A DNA stretch of 64,000 nt from Eledone cirrhosa (Eukaryota), in NCBI GenBank assembly GCA_964016885.1, contig OZ024752.1:13578001-13642000 (forward strand). The letters are read 5' to 3'. A program made the translations under genes and the position numbers. A model generated the notes under the pieces. It was not told the DNA's origin and did no database searches. It saw only the letters and a list, made by a program, of their open reading frames with translations. Shown piece after piece: positions 53,740 to 64,000 of the stretch (positions within the stretch are counted from its first letter, which is position 1; every line of letters begins with the position of its first letter).

Positions 53740-54032
53740 AGAGGTTCATGGCCGAGTGGTGAAGGTGTTGGACTTACGATCATAATGTTATGGGTTTGAT
53801 TCCTGGCTGGGTTGCATGTTGTGTTCATGAGCAAAACACTTCATTTCATGTTCCTCCAATATACTAGCAGTAAATGAGTACCAGCAATAGCTGGGAGCTT
53901 AGGCCTGCAATGGACTGGCGTCCTGTCCAGGAGGGAGTCTTGTACTCTCAGTTACTTCATACCATGAAACTGGGATAAGCATCAGCCTTACAAGCCTTCT
54001 GGCTTGAGACAGACCTTAGACTTAAACTTAGA
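53740..54032 (+). mobile_element. SINE family B
   Basis: Head, core and atggactggcgtcctgtccagg segment. Confidence 0.85.
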
Positions 54033-55020
54033 GATTTTCCAGCAGCATAAAATGAATCAAAACACCTGTGGGTCTTTATTTCTATATTGTGTGGGCCACA
54101 GTATTCACATTCCAAACACTTATTGTATTCCACTTCTGTGTGTATATTTCTACTGTTGCTGATATCAGAGGCCTGAGGCCTATATTTTCTTCTTGTGGAG
54201 ACTTCTGGTGTCCTTGGCCCTAGGACCACCTCCCTGCTCACCACCATCAGCTCTTCCAATGCATCTCTCTCACCATCTTCCTGTGAAACGCCTTCTCTAT
54301 TCTGTCTGCTAGGGCCACAGGTTGGCCAGTACGTGGGCTCCTATTTGCTTATAGTAGTGAGAGATGGGGAGACAAGAGAGAATGTCAATGCACGCACACA
54401 CTTGATAAACTAAATACTTGTGAAACATCATGATTATAGTATATATTCTTTCATTTTCAATACCGGGGTTTGTCCAGCTGCTTCCTCTTCACACCGGTCA
54501 CCGTACTGCCGAGCTCCTCCGCAAGATCGGAATGTCAGCAACCCATCTGAGGAGGGAGCCCTGGGAGGTTGGGTGGTTGTTGCCACGGGTGTCAATGGCG
54601 ATTGTCCAGGGGGAATGCTTTTGCCATATTGTCAGCGGGGCGCAGCACTCCTGCCCCCTTGCCCTAGGCCCAAAGCCCAATCAACTTCCCCCCTCATCCC
54701 CACTCAACACCAAATCTCTTGCCATCCCCTCCCTTTCCCGTTCTTTTCCTTCTTTCTTTCTCTCTTTTTTTTCTATATTTCCCTATTCTCTCTTTCCTTT
54801 TGTTTCCCCTTTTTTAATTTTTTTCTTACTAAATAAGGTTTGCTTTTTGCTTTTGAATAAATCTATTACTTGATTATATTTATAATTTATATCAATGTAA
54901 CTAATGTTAGTGGGTGAGGGACTGTGTGCCTGTTTGCTCCATGTTACCTGCCTTCCTTCTTGCTTTCACCAGTTTATGCTAGCTTTACCAGAAAAAATAT
55001 TACATGAAATAAACATTTCC

Positions 55021-55358
55021 TTAGTCTACAGTTCCCCATACTAGATTTACCTAACTCTGACTACCTACAATAGTACAACTGTATACCGCTTTAGGCATTA
55101 GGAGAACAACATATATGATAGGTGTTTCATTAGTCTACAGTGCCCCATACTAGATTTACCTAACTCTGACTACCTACAATAGTACAACTGTATACCGCTT
55201 TAGGCAGTAGGAGAACAACATATATGATAGGTGTTTCATTAGTCTACAGTGCCCCATACTAGATTTACCTAACTCTGACTACCTACAATAGTACAACTGT
55301 ATACCGCTTTAGGCAGTAGGAGAACAACATATATGATAGGTGTTTCATTAGTCTACAG
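55021..55358. repeat. 109-bp tandem repeat x3
   Basis: ttagtctacag recurs at 55021, 55130, 55239, 55348; units nearly identical. Confidence 0.95.
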
Positions 55359-55871
55359 CACTATGTCCAACCCTTTCCATGATGGCAGCTTGGTAGCTTG
55401 AGTGATCTGTCAACAAATGGTAGAAAGAGATATTGCTAAGGAAATGAAAACATCCAAATAATGGTTTCTACTATAGGCAATTTGGGGGAGGGGAAAGTCA
55501 ATTAAATCGACCCAGTGCATTACTGATGTTTTATTTTATCGACCTCGTAAAGATGAAAGGCAAATCTAACCTCAATGGGATTTGAACTCAGATTGTAATG
55601 AACCATAACTCTATGTTACAAAGCATGGTGTCTGATGCTCTACTAATACTGTCAATCCAAACATAATGAGAAGTGCTAATTGCAATAGTGGGTATATTGA
55701 TACTACAAAAGATATATTTGTCTTCTCTGAAATAGTGTGATTATAGAAACTTCTTATTTCCTATTGTCTTTAAATCTTCTATATTAGTCAGGATGGTTTT
55801 TTATTCCTTGATACACTTCATGAAGACAACATTTTTAGAGGTGAGCTTAAGACGTGATAGTTCTCACTTAG

Positions 55872-56210
55872 CATCATCATCATCATTTTACGTCCGCTTT
55901 TCCCTGCTTGCAAGGGTGGGACGGGAACTGATTCTGGCTTGATTTCTACAGCTGGATGCCCTTCCTAACACCAACCTCATTTACAGTGAGTGCTGGGTGC
56001 TTTTTTGCCGTGGCACCTCCACGACCACTTTGCAGTGGAATGATAGGGACCCCAGACCCTATCATCTCATTTCTACAGCTGAGTAAACTGGAGCAATGTA
56101 AAATAAAGTGTCTTGCTCAAGGAAACAACACATCACCCGGTCTGAGAATTGAACTCACAACCTTTCGATTGCAAAGCCAATGCTGTAACCACTAAGCCTT
56201 GTGCCTCCAT
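55872..56210 (-). mobile_element. Full-length tRNA-headed SINE with RTE-derived tail
   Basis: A/B boxes, core tgctccagtttactcagctg, tail cttgcaagcagggaaaagcg..(GAT)n. Confidence 0.88.
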
Positions 56211-56236
56211 GTATAATAATTGTTACCATGTATAAT

Positions 56237-56421
56237 AATTGTTTCTACTGTTGGCACAAGGCCAGCAATACCAGTACATTACTGGTACTTTATTTTATCG
56301 ACCCCGTATGGATGAAAGGCAAAGTTAACCGACGGGATTTGAAATCAAACCGTAAAGGGACGTAACTATGCTAGAAAGCATGGCGTCTAACCCTCTACTG
56401 ATACTGCCATTTCACCGCCCT
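56237..56421 (-). mobile_element. SINE family A
   Basis: Consensus match; ttaccatgtataataat on both sides. Confidence 0.9.
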
Positions 56422-56632
56422 ATATACTTACCATGTATAATAATGAATTTGATATTATCAATAAATGGTGTCTTAAGACAATCTATTCTGACCCAATTTT
56501 GATTTCCATAAGAAATCCCTTTATTGTTTACATTTAGCTTACAAAAACTCAACTACTTTACCTCCATGATAAATAAATAATTGTTTATCAAAATAAATCC
56601 GCACTTCCAATTTACAACTATTTCTATGCTTG

Positions 56633-57032
56633 CATCTTCATCATCATCATCTGCCGGCCTCAACCAAAATCGACTTTACAATTGATCTCCACGTGAGTCT
56701 GTCGTTCATTGCTGTTGCCAAGTCCTGGATTTTATTACCAGAATCTCTGGTGATGACATCAGGATAGGAGAGCTTGTGACCCCTGTTATTAGTGACTGCT
56801 TGTGGTTTCCAAAGCACTAATGGGGACACAGCCTCATAGGTGGCACGATGGCAGTGGCCAGCAAATCTTACTCTCCTTTTACATACGACAGATATGTGTG
56901 GGAGGCTGGCATATATCTCTTTTAAAGTCAGATGTTGCCAGCTTATGTTCTGAATGTGTTGAAGCAGGTGAGTGTAGGTGCCATCAAGGTAGTAGTAGTA
57001 GTAGTAGTAGTAGTAGTGTAGGTGCCATCATG

Positions 57033-57078
<46 letters not shown>

Positions 57079-57400
57079 TAGTAGTAGTAGTGTAGGTGCC
57101 ATCAAGGTAGTAGTAGTGGTAGTATTAGTGGTAGTGGTAGTAGTAGTGGTAGTAGTAGTAGTAGTAGTAGTAGTAGTGTAGGTGCCATCAAGGTAGTAGT
57201 AGTAGTAGTGGTAGTATTAGTGGTAGTGGTAGTAGTAGTGGTAGTAGTAGTAGTAGTAGTAGTGTAGGTGCCATCAAGGTGCTTTTGTTGTCTGGATGAG
57301 AGCGTCCATGTTTCACTTCCATATAGCAAGATTGGTTGAATTATTACTAGGGAGAGTCTGATCTTGGTGTGGTTGCATAATCTTGGGTCCCAAATAATGA
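56633..57400 (-). mobile_element. RTE-like LINE 3' fragment with internal (GTA)n compound repeat
   Basis: IQPILLYGSETWTLS..LDGTYT; YPDVITRDSG..AMNDRLTWRSIV; (GAT)n tail. Confidence 0.82.
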
Positions 57401-57468
57401 GTTGTAATAAATCAGGTGAGTTGTAAATTAATATGTATAGTGGGGGATGATTATTCGAGACCTGAAAG

Positions 57469-57728
57469 CAGGGCTGGCTTAAATGGGGGGGGGGGCAAAT
57501 TGCCCTGGGCCTCCTGCCACCGATGGCTGAGCTTTTTAGTTTTAGGATGGTTAAAATGTTTGAATTTAATACCTGTATGTATAACTTTTCAGTTCCAATT
57601 TCTTGTACCAATCTGACTTTGATATGTAAAATTGGGGGCTTGCTGTGTATCCTAATTTATTGTGTATGAGGGATGGCCTCCCCAAACCTGAAGTGCCTCA
57701 GTCCCCACAAGGTCTAAATCCCACCCTG
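57469..57728. mobile_element. hAT-type MITE, family of 32265-32573
   Basis: CAGGG..CCCTG termini, shared body ttttagttttaggatgg..ccaatt. Confidence 0.72.
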
Positions 57729-58533
57729 CTTTCAGTTAACCTTACTAGTGTTGGTGATTTACACAATAAACACACCCTGCACACTCTGCAAAATGCTTGG
57801 TGATAGAAAGTGCATCCAGCTGTAGAAAACCTGATGTTTAAAATTGGAGTGGGTGTAGGGGATGGGTGGCAGTGTATTCTAATTTTTTATCCAACCCTGT
57901 CCAAGAGTACTTAAACAGGTTGTCACATTCTGAGGCTAAATAGATCAGATCTCACTCATGTGTCTCATCGTTATCAATAAATAGGTAAAAATAATTTAAT
58001 GAAATCGATTATTATGTTGTTAAAAATTACTAATTATGATTTTTATCAAATGTTCTCATTTTTGCTCCAATATTTTAAATTGTGAATTGAAATGTATTTT
58101 TAGGTTTTGGGTTAATATACAATGGAAGTGAGATCTTATGTAAGAAGGAAGTTTTCATATCTGAAACAATAATGTTTGCCAGCAAACTAAATAAGGGGCT
58201 TATTATAATTACAAATGATAATTTACTATGTGAAATATGGTAACAAGGTGAGGAGGAAACAGTGGCAGTGGACTAGGGGACCAGAGGAGCCATGCCCCCC
58301 CACCTAACAATTATATTTTTCTCCCCAAACTACCAAAACACATCTATTTGTATATGCAGTACAATTTATGTACATGTTATGTTTATCATATATTGAAGTT
58401 TTTTTTATAGCTTGGTTGATATAACAGCTAAACTAACAACTACAACTAAATTGACCGAATTTGCACCCACCCTATTCAGAAATGCTTCCACCGCCCCTGG
58501 GAAATGAATCCCAAAGACTTAATACTCCCCTCT

Positions 58534-58962
58534 TTAAACCTTTAGCATTTAAACTGGCCATATCCGACCAGGATTCTCTCACCTCTTTCTGTTCAAACAG
58601 GCCATAAGCGGTTGCTCATATTTATGTTAAGGCATTTTTCTCAAAATAAATAATATCAAAATCTTGTAGATTCGATATTATGTGAGATAATTATGTGAAA
58701 TAAAATGTTTACTGTGAAAATACAATAGTAAATATAGAGTAATGTAGATGCTAAAGGGTTAAACTCGCCATATCCGACCAGGATTCTCTCACCTCTTTCT
58801 TTTTAAATCGGCCATAACCGGCTGCTCATACTGATGTTAAGGTATTCTTTTCAAAATAAATAACATCATTAAAATCTTGTAGCTTCGATATTATGTGAGA
58901 TAAAGCCTTTACTGTGAAAATACAGTAGTAAATATAGAGTAATGTAAATGCTAAAGGGTTAA
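58534..58962. mobile_element. Tandem pair of piggyBac-type MITEs
   Basis: atgctaaagggTTAA ends at 58762 and 58962; same body as 14264-14740. Confidence 0.8.
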
Positions 58963-59303
58963 TGGAAGTCAAAATACAGTAATTGTGTTGCTCATGACTA
59001 AATGGAGAGTCTCCAGTTGAAGGGTTCACAATAGTCACACCATATTGGGTAGCTTACCATTAACAATGGGCTTGGTGGACATTTAGGGGTTCCAACGTCA
59101 AATGTTACAGTTGTTAAAAAAAAAGGAACAACATGCTTGCAAAATTAATGCGTAATTGGTTGATCTTTTCCAGGGAGATTCAGTGGGATACAGTGACAGA
59201 TACCATATAAAATTAGAACCATGTGACTAGCTTATGAGGGGGACCTGTATATGTTGCTCAACCAGCTAGAAACATTGGTAATATAATACGTTCTTATTCT
59301 CCT

Positions 59304-59708
59304 TCATCATCATCATTATCATCATCATTATCATCATCATTATCATTATCATTATCATCATTATCATCATTATCATTATCATTATCATCATTATCATCAT
59401 CATCATTATCATTATCATCATTATCATCATTATCATCATCATCATTATCATTATCATTATCATTATCATCATCATTATCATCATCATCATTATCATCATC
59501 ATTATCATCATCATCATTATCATCATCATTATCATTATCATCATCATTATCATCATCATTATCATCAACATTATCATCATCATCATTATCATCATCATCA
59601 TCATTATCATCATCATCATTATCATCATCATCATTATCATCATCATCATTATCATCATCATTATCATCATCATTATCATTATCATCATTATCATAATTAT
59701 TATTATTA
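59304..59708. repeat. (ATC/ATT)n microsatellite
   Basis: Direct; adjoins a SINE A 3' fragment. Confidence 0.95.
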
Positions 59709-60583
59709 CCAGTTATACACTGGGATAATTGCTGGCCTTGTGCCAAATGTAGAAACAATTATTATTATTATTGCCCACTTATTCCTGAGGGGGTTAGGGA
59801 GCAGAGTCCTCAAGTACTCCTTCTAGCAGGTCCTGTCTGAAGCAACCGTGTCTAACTGATCTGGCTGGATCCCAAAGCAAGACCAGCCAAGCTCATGGAT
59901 ATTAACCAACTATTTCACCCGGGGTCTATCCCTAGGTCTCCTGCCAGTTGGTTTTGCCGGTAAAATCTGTCCGGCAATTCTTTCCTGAGACATTATAACA
60001 ATTATAACACGACAACACCTAAAACGATGAACTGGTTCCGACTAGAACATCTGAGAACTTAGTTCTTTCTGCTCACTCAGGATTAGTGTGAGGCTTAGAG
60101 AACAATATCATAACATCTTCGTGATTTCTCAGAGGTTATAAACCCATAGTTCAATGTTTCTTCTTGGGATAGGGGATAGCAGACAGTTAAAAATATATTG
60201 AAATTAATAACCTAATTATTTAGAGAAAGGCATGCATACCTCTTATTCTCTTCACTTTCCTATGCAACTGAAATGTTGTACCACTGTAATAAATGGGTGT
60301 TGATATCAATGTTGTTTTGTGTTGGAAAATAAAAGAAAGCAAACAACACAAAAAGAAAAAAAAAACAACAGCAGCAAAAATTAAAACGTCTCTTAGATTT
60401 TGGCAATCTTTCTGAACTATAAACAAATTTAATCCCATTGGGTTTACAATCATTATTTTTATAAAAAAGGATTTTGGTGTTAAAAGATTAAAATTAAGTA
60501 TAATATCTAAGGCGTTGGGAATTAATTTCATAAATCTCTCTATAATAATAGCCAATGTGTATTTGTCCGTCACACACTAGATA

Positions 60584-60890
60584 TGACTGAGGAAGGAAGG
60601 GGTGATGACATTGAATGAGGAAGGAAGGGGTAATGGCATCGACTGAGGAAGGAAGGGGTGATGACGCCGACTGAGGAAGGAAGGGGTGATGATGTTGACT
60701 GAGGAAGGAAGGGGTGATTATGTCGACTGAGGAAGGAAGGGGTGATGACGTTGACCGAGGAAGGAAGGGGTGATTATGTCGACTGAGGAAGGAAGGGGTA
60801 ATGACGTTGACTGAGGAAGGAAGGGGTGATGACGTCGACTGATGAAGGAAGGCGTGATGACATTGACTGAGGAAGGAAAGGGTGATGACA
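60584..60890. repeat. 28-bp purine-rich minisatellite, ~11 units
   Basis: Unit gactgaggaaggaaggggtgatgacgtY. Confidence 0.93.
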
Positions 60891-60997
60891 AACTACAGAA
60901 AGCAGCGTCTAACTTTCGCTACTACTGTGTGTGTATAGGTATAGTAAATTGGCTACAGACATTGGCTGTTATGATTATGTGAGTGTTTGTGGAAATG

Positions 60998-61465
60998 ATC
61001 ATCATCGTCATCATCACCGTTTTACCGCCGTTCTTCCATGCTAGCATGGGTTAGACGGGTTGTCCTGTTGTGGACAGTGTCTGGTCGGCTGACCATGCTT
61101 TGCTCATACAGGAACTGATTTTGGCTTGATTTCTACAGCTGGATGCCCTTCCTAACACCAACGTCATTTACAGTGACTGCTGGGTGCTTTTTTCCGTGGC
61201 GCCTACACGTCCACTTTACAATGTGGGCTGGGTGCTTTTTTACCGTGGCACCTCCACGCCCACTTTGCAGTGGGAGGGTGTGGGGGCATATTGTCTATAT
61301 GCTTCAGCTTCGGCTTGTACCCATGGGAGGTCGGGTACTCTGTATTACTGTGTGACGCCAGAGGTCACGGTCGTGTGTCATCGCCTTTGAGAGGTGTAAT
61401 TGGGTAAGGTCGACTTTTATCACCTCATCCCAGGTCTTCTTGGGTCTACCCACTCCGCGGTTTCC
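60998..61465 (-). mobile_element. RTE-type LINE 3' end/UTR fragment
   Basis: ccatgctagcatggg tail, ggatgcccttcctaacacc, RPKKTWDEV-like end on minus strand. Confidence 0.75.
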
Positions 61466-61645
61466 ATTGACTTCTATTATATTTATATATATTTATAGAT
61501 ATTACAATTAGCCATCATTTTTGACTGCACAGGGACCACCTAGTATGTAATAGAAATCAAAACCACACACACATCTAAGGGCATACAGAATGAAAACAAC
61601 AGTTTTAAAATCAAATGTTTATTAGTCGTGAGTTTTTTATCAAAT

Positions 61646-61830
61646 AATTGTTTCTACTATTGGCACAAGGCCAGCAATTACCCAGTACATTACTGGTACT
61701 TTATTTTATCGACCCCGTAAGGATGAAAGGCAAAGTTAACCTCGGCGGGATTTGAACTCAGAATGGCAAGGGCTCTATACGTCAAAGCATGGCGTCCGAC
61801 CCTCTACCGATACTGCCAATCCACCGCCCT
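61646..61830 (-). mobile_element. Full-length SINE family A
   Basis: Consensus match. Confidence 0.9.
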
Positions 61831-62255
61831 ATGATATTATTAATAGAAACAATTATTAATATTTGATTTGTTTACAACCAAACAGCCTCATAACACCATG
61901 TGTTTTAGATGACCGTCATCATCCTTTTAGTCAAGCTGTAGCATAGAGAGACAATCGACAATTGTTTCAGGGCTATTGCCCCTTGTCATAATTAAGTATC
62001 TCCTTTTCTGCTACACACTAGAATGCTATGTTTGAGCAAATACAAATTTTGTTTATTTTTATTTTCACTTTATGAAGAGTGTTTTGTATAAATGGAACTT
62101 GGCCGATGTCGATACTATGGACAGAAATACATGGAGAGCGGCTGTGAGACATTGCCTGGTGTTGCCTCCCTTGGAGTCTTGGACAACCGCAGCACCCTAA
62201 AGACCAAAACTGGATATGGATGGATGGATGGATTATATCTGTATGCATTCTTACA

Positions 62256-63198
62256 TTAACCCTTTAACATTTAAACTGGCCATATCTGGCCAGAATTCTC
62301 TCACCTCTTTCTGTTCAAACCGGTTGTAACTGGCGGCTCATACTGATGTGAAGGTATTGCTCTCAAAATAAATAATAAAATCATCAAAATCTTAGAGATT
62401 CAATATTACTGCGAAAATACAATAGTAAATATGGAGGGCAATATTGGTACTTTATTTTACCAACCCTGTATTGATGAAAGACAAAGATAACCTCGGCGGG
62501 ATTTGAAATCAGAATATATAGGGCCGTAACTTAATGTCGTGAAGCATGGTGTCTGATGCTCTACCGATTACTGTCAATCCACCGCCCTCATAATGTGAAT
62601 ATCATGAGATTTTAGTTGCTTAACAACAAATAATATAACAATACTTAAAGTTACTGATATTTTAATATCCCACTCTAAAAGTCCTTAATATACTGACCCG
62701 ATTATATTGAAAATTAGTTGTAATATCTAGGTACACTAGTTATTAGGAATATGGTCATGAAAGGGTTAACCCTTTAGCATTTAAACTGGCTGTATCTGGC
62801 CAGAATACTCTCATCTCTTTCAGTTAAAACTGGCTGTAACCGTCCACTCATACCTAAGTTAACCATTTAGCATTTACATTACTCTACATATACTATTGTA
62901 TTTTCGAGGAAAATACTTTATTTCATATAATTATCTCAGATAATATCGAATCTACGAGATTTTGATATTATTTATTTTGAGAACAATACCTTAACATAAG
63001 TATGAGCAGCCAGTTATGGCAGTTAAGAGCTGAGAGAAATCTGGCTGGATACAGCTAATGGGTTAAGGTATTGTTCTCAATACAAATAACATCAAAATCT
63101 CATAAATTCAATATTATGTGAGATAATTATGTGAGGTAAAGTGTTTACTGTGAAAATATAATAGTAGATATAGAGTAATGTAAATACTAAAGAGTTGA
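62256..63198. mobile_element. Cluster of piggyBac-type MITEs (62256-62432; 62766-63198 with nested inverted copy 62859-63065) plus SINE A (62443-62590)
   Basis: TTAA-CCCTTTA(G/A)CATTT termini; outer copy resumes after the inner copy at TTAA. Confidence 0.78.
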
Positions 63199-64000
63199 AT
63201 ACTTATTTTACAGGGAAGTAGTTCTTCAATCCAGCTATTCCATTATTTTACCACCATATTTCTAACATTTCTCTCAAACAAAAATGCTGAAATAAACTTT
63301 ATAAATATTATTTAATTCAAAAAATCATTTAAGTTTAAGTTTTTATTCATCTATTTACTGTCCATTCAAGTAATTCTGATATTAATATGTGAATCAGCTG
63401 TATATAAGCAGTTTAAAAGATTATCAAACATTTTGATAATCTTTTAATCTTTTGTATGAAACAGGGGTTAAGCTGAAACAACTTTTTGTTGGACTCAGTA
63501 AGAAAAACAAGGTTAAGATTATTTAAATACATATTTAATACAATGTTTATAAAGGGACATGGCATTGGGGGTTTTATTTGGGAGAATGGCTAAAATAAGA
63601 TTACAATATTTTACATTTACCTTGTGAAAATATTGTTCCCCTAAGGAGTTCTACATAGCCAGGTTTATCCTAATACTAGTTCGTCTTTTATACACACACC
63701 CACACACACACACAGTATGCATACTGACAAGCTAATCAATGCCCTCTTATTTGTTGCCTGTAGGGAAAGGACTAGGAAGATATAGCTTTTGTTAATCCTT
63801 TTTAGCACATACCCATAATTATTGATCATTTACATATGTGGCTGCCATCTGGAACAGGAATTATGACTGGTAAAGTTGATAATGAAGATGCCTGAGTACC
63901 GCCATTTTTGTCCAGTTGGGTCACCTATTGTCTTAACAGGTGCAGAGACAACAGGTGATCCCCTATATAGTCATTCCTCAAATGGAACTTAAAAGTTAGA

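Noticed and set aside
56972-57280. Repeat-spacer pattern resembling CRISPR
   Set aside because: Spacers are simple (GTA)n and the repeat is LINE coding sequence in a eukaryotic context
59266-59758. Asp/Asn-rich or Met/Ile-rich protein
   Set aside because: (ATC/ATT)n microsatellite fused to a SINE tail

Overview
Eukaryotic, AT-rich, repeat-saturated intronic or intergenic DNA. The repeat complement (tRNA-derived SINEs, RTE LINEs, Penelope-like elements and very abundant TA/CA/GAT microsatellites) looks molluscan, most likely octopod cephalopod; that assignment is inference. No intact host protein-coding gene is recognisable, and most ORF-track entries are microsatellite or minisatellite artefacts. 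Recognisable coding remnants are all decayed transposons: a Penelope-like element (RT + GIY-YIG, ~6.0-9.7 kb), a near full-length RTE LINE (~44.7-48.3 kb), other RTE fragments, an R4/Dong-like restriction-endonuclease LINE fragment and a mariner/Tc1 derivative. There are also piggyBac-, hAT-, mariner- and Helitron-type non-autonomous elements and about 10 minisatellites. The most notable signal is a recurring set of hammerhead-ribozyme-like motifs, two with a variant CCGAUGA core. They lie in Penelope-LTR-like sequences next to (TA)n tracts and are repeatedly arranged as fold-back inverted repeats, including a 1.4-kb palindrome whose inner arms are almost perfectly homogenised. Coordinates were read by eye and may be off by a few bases.
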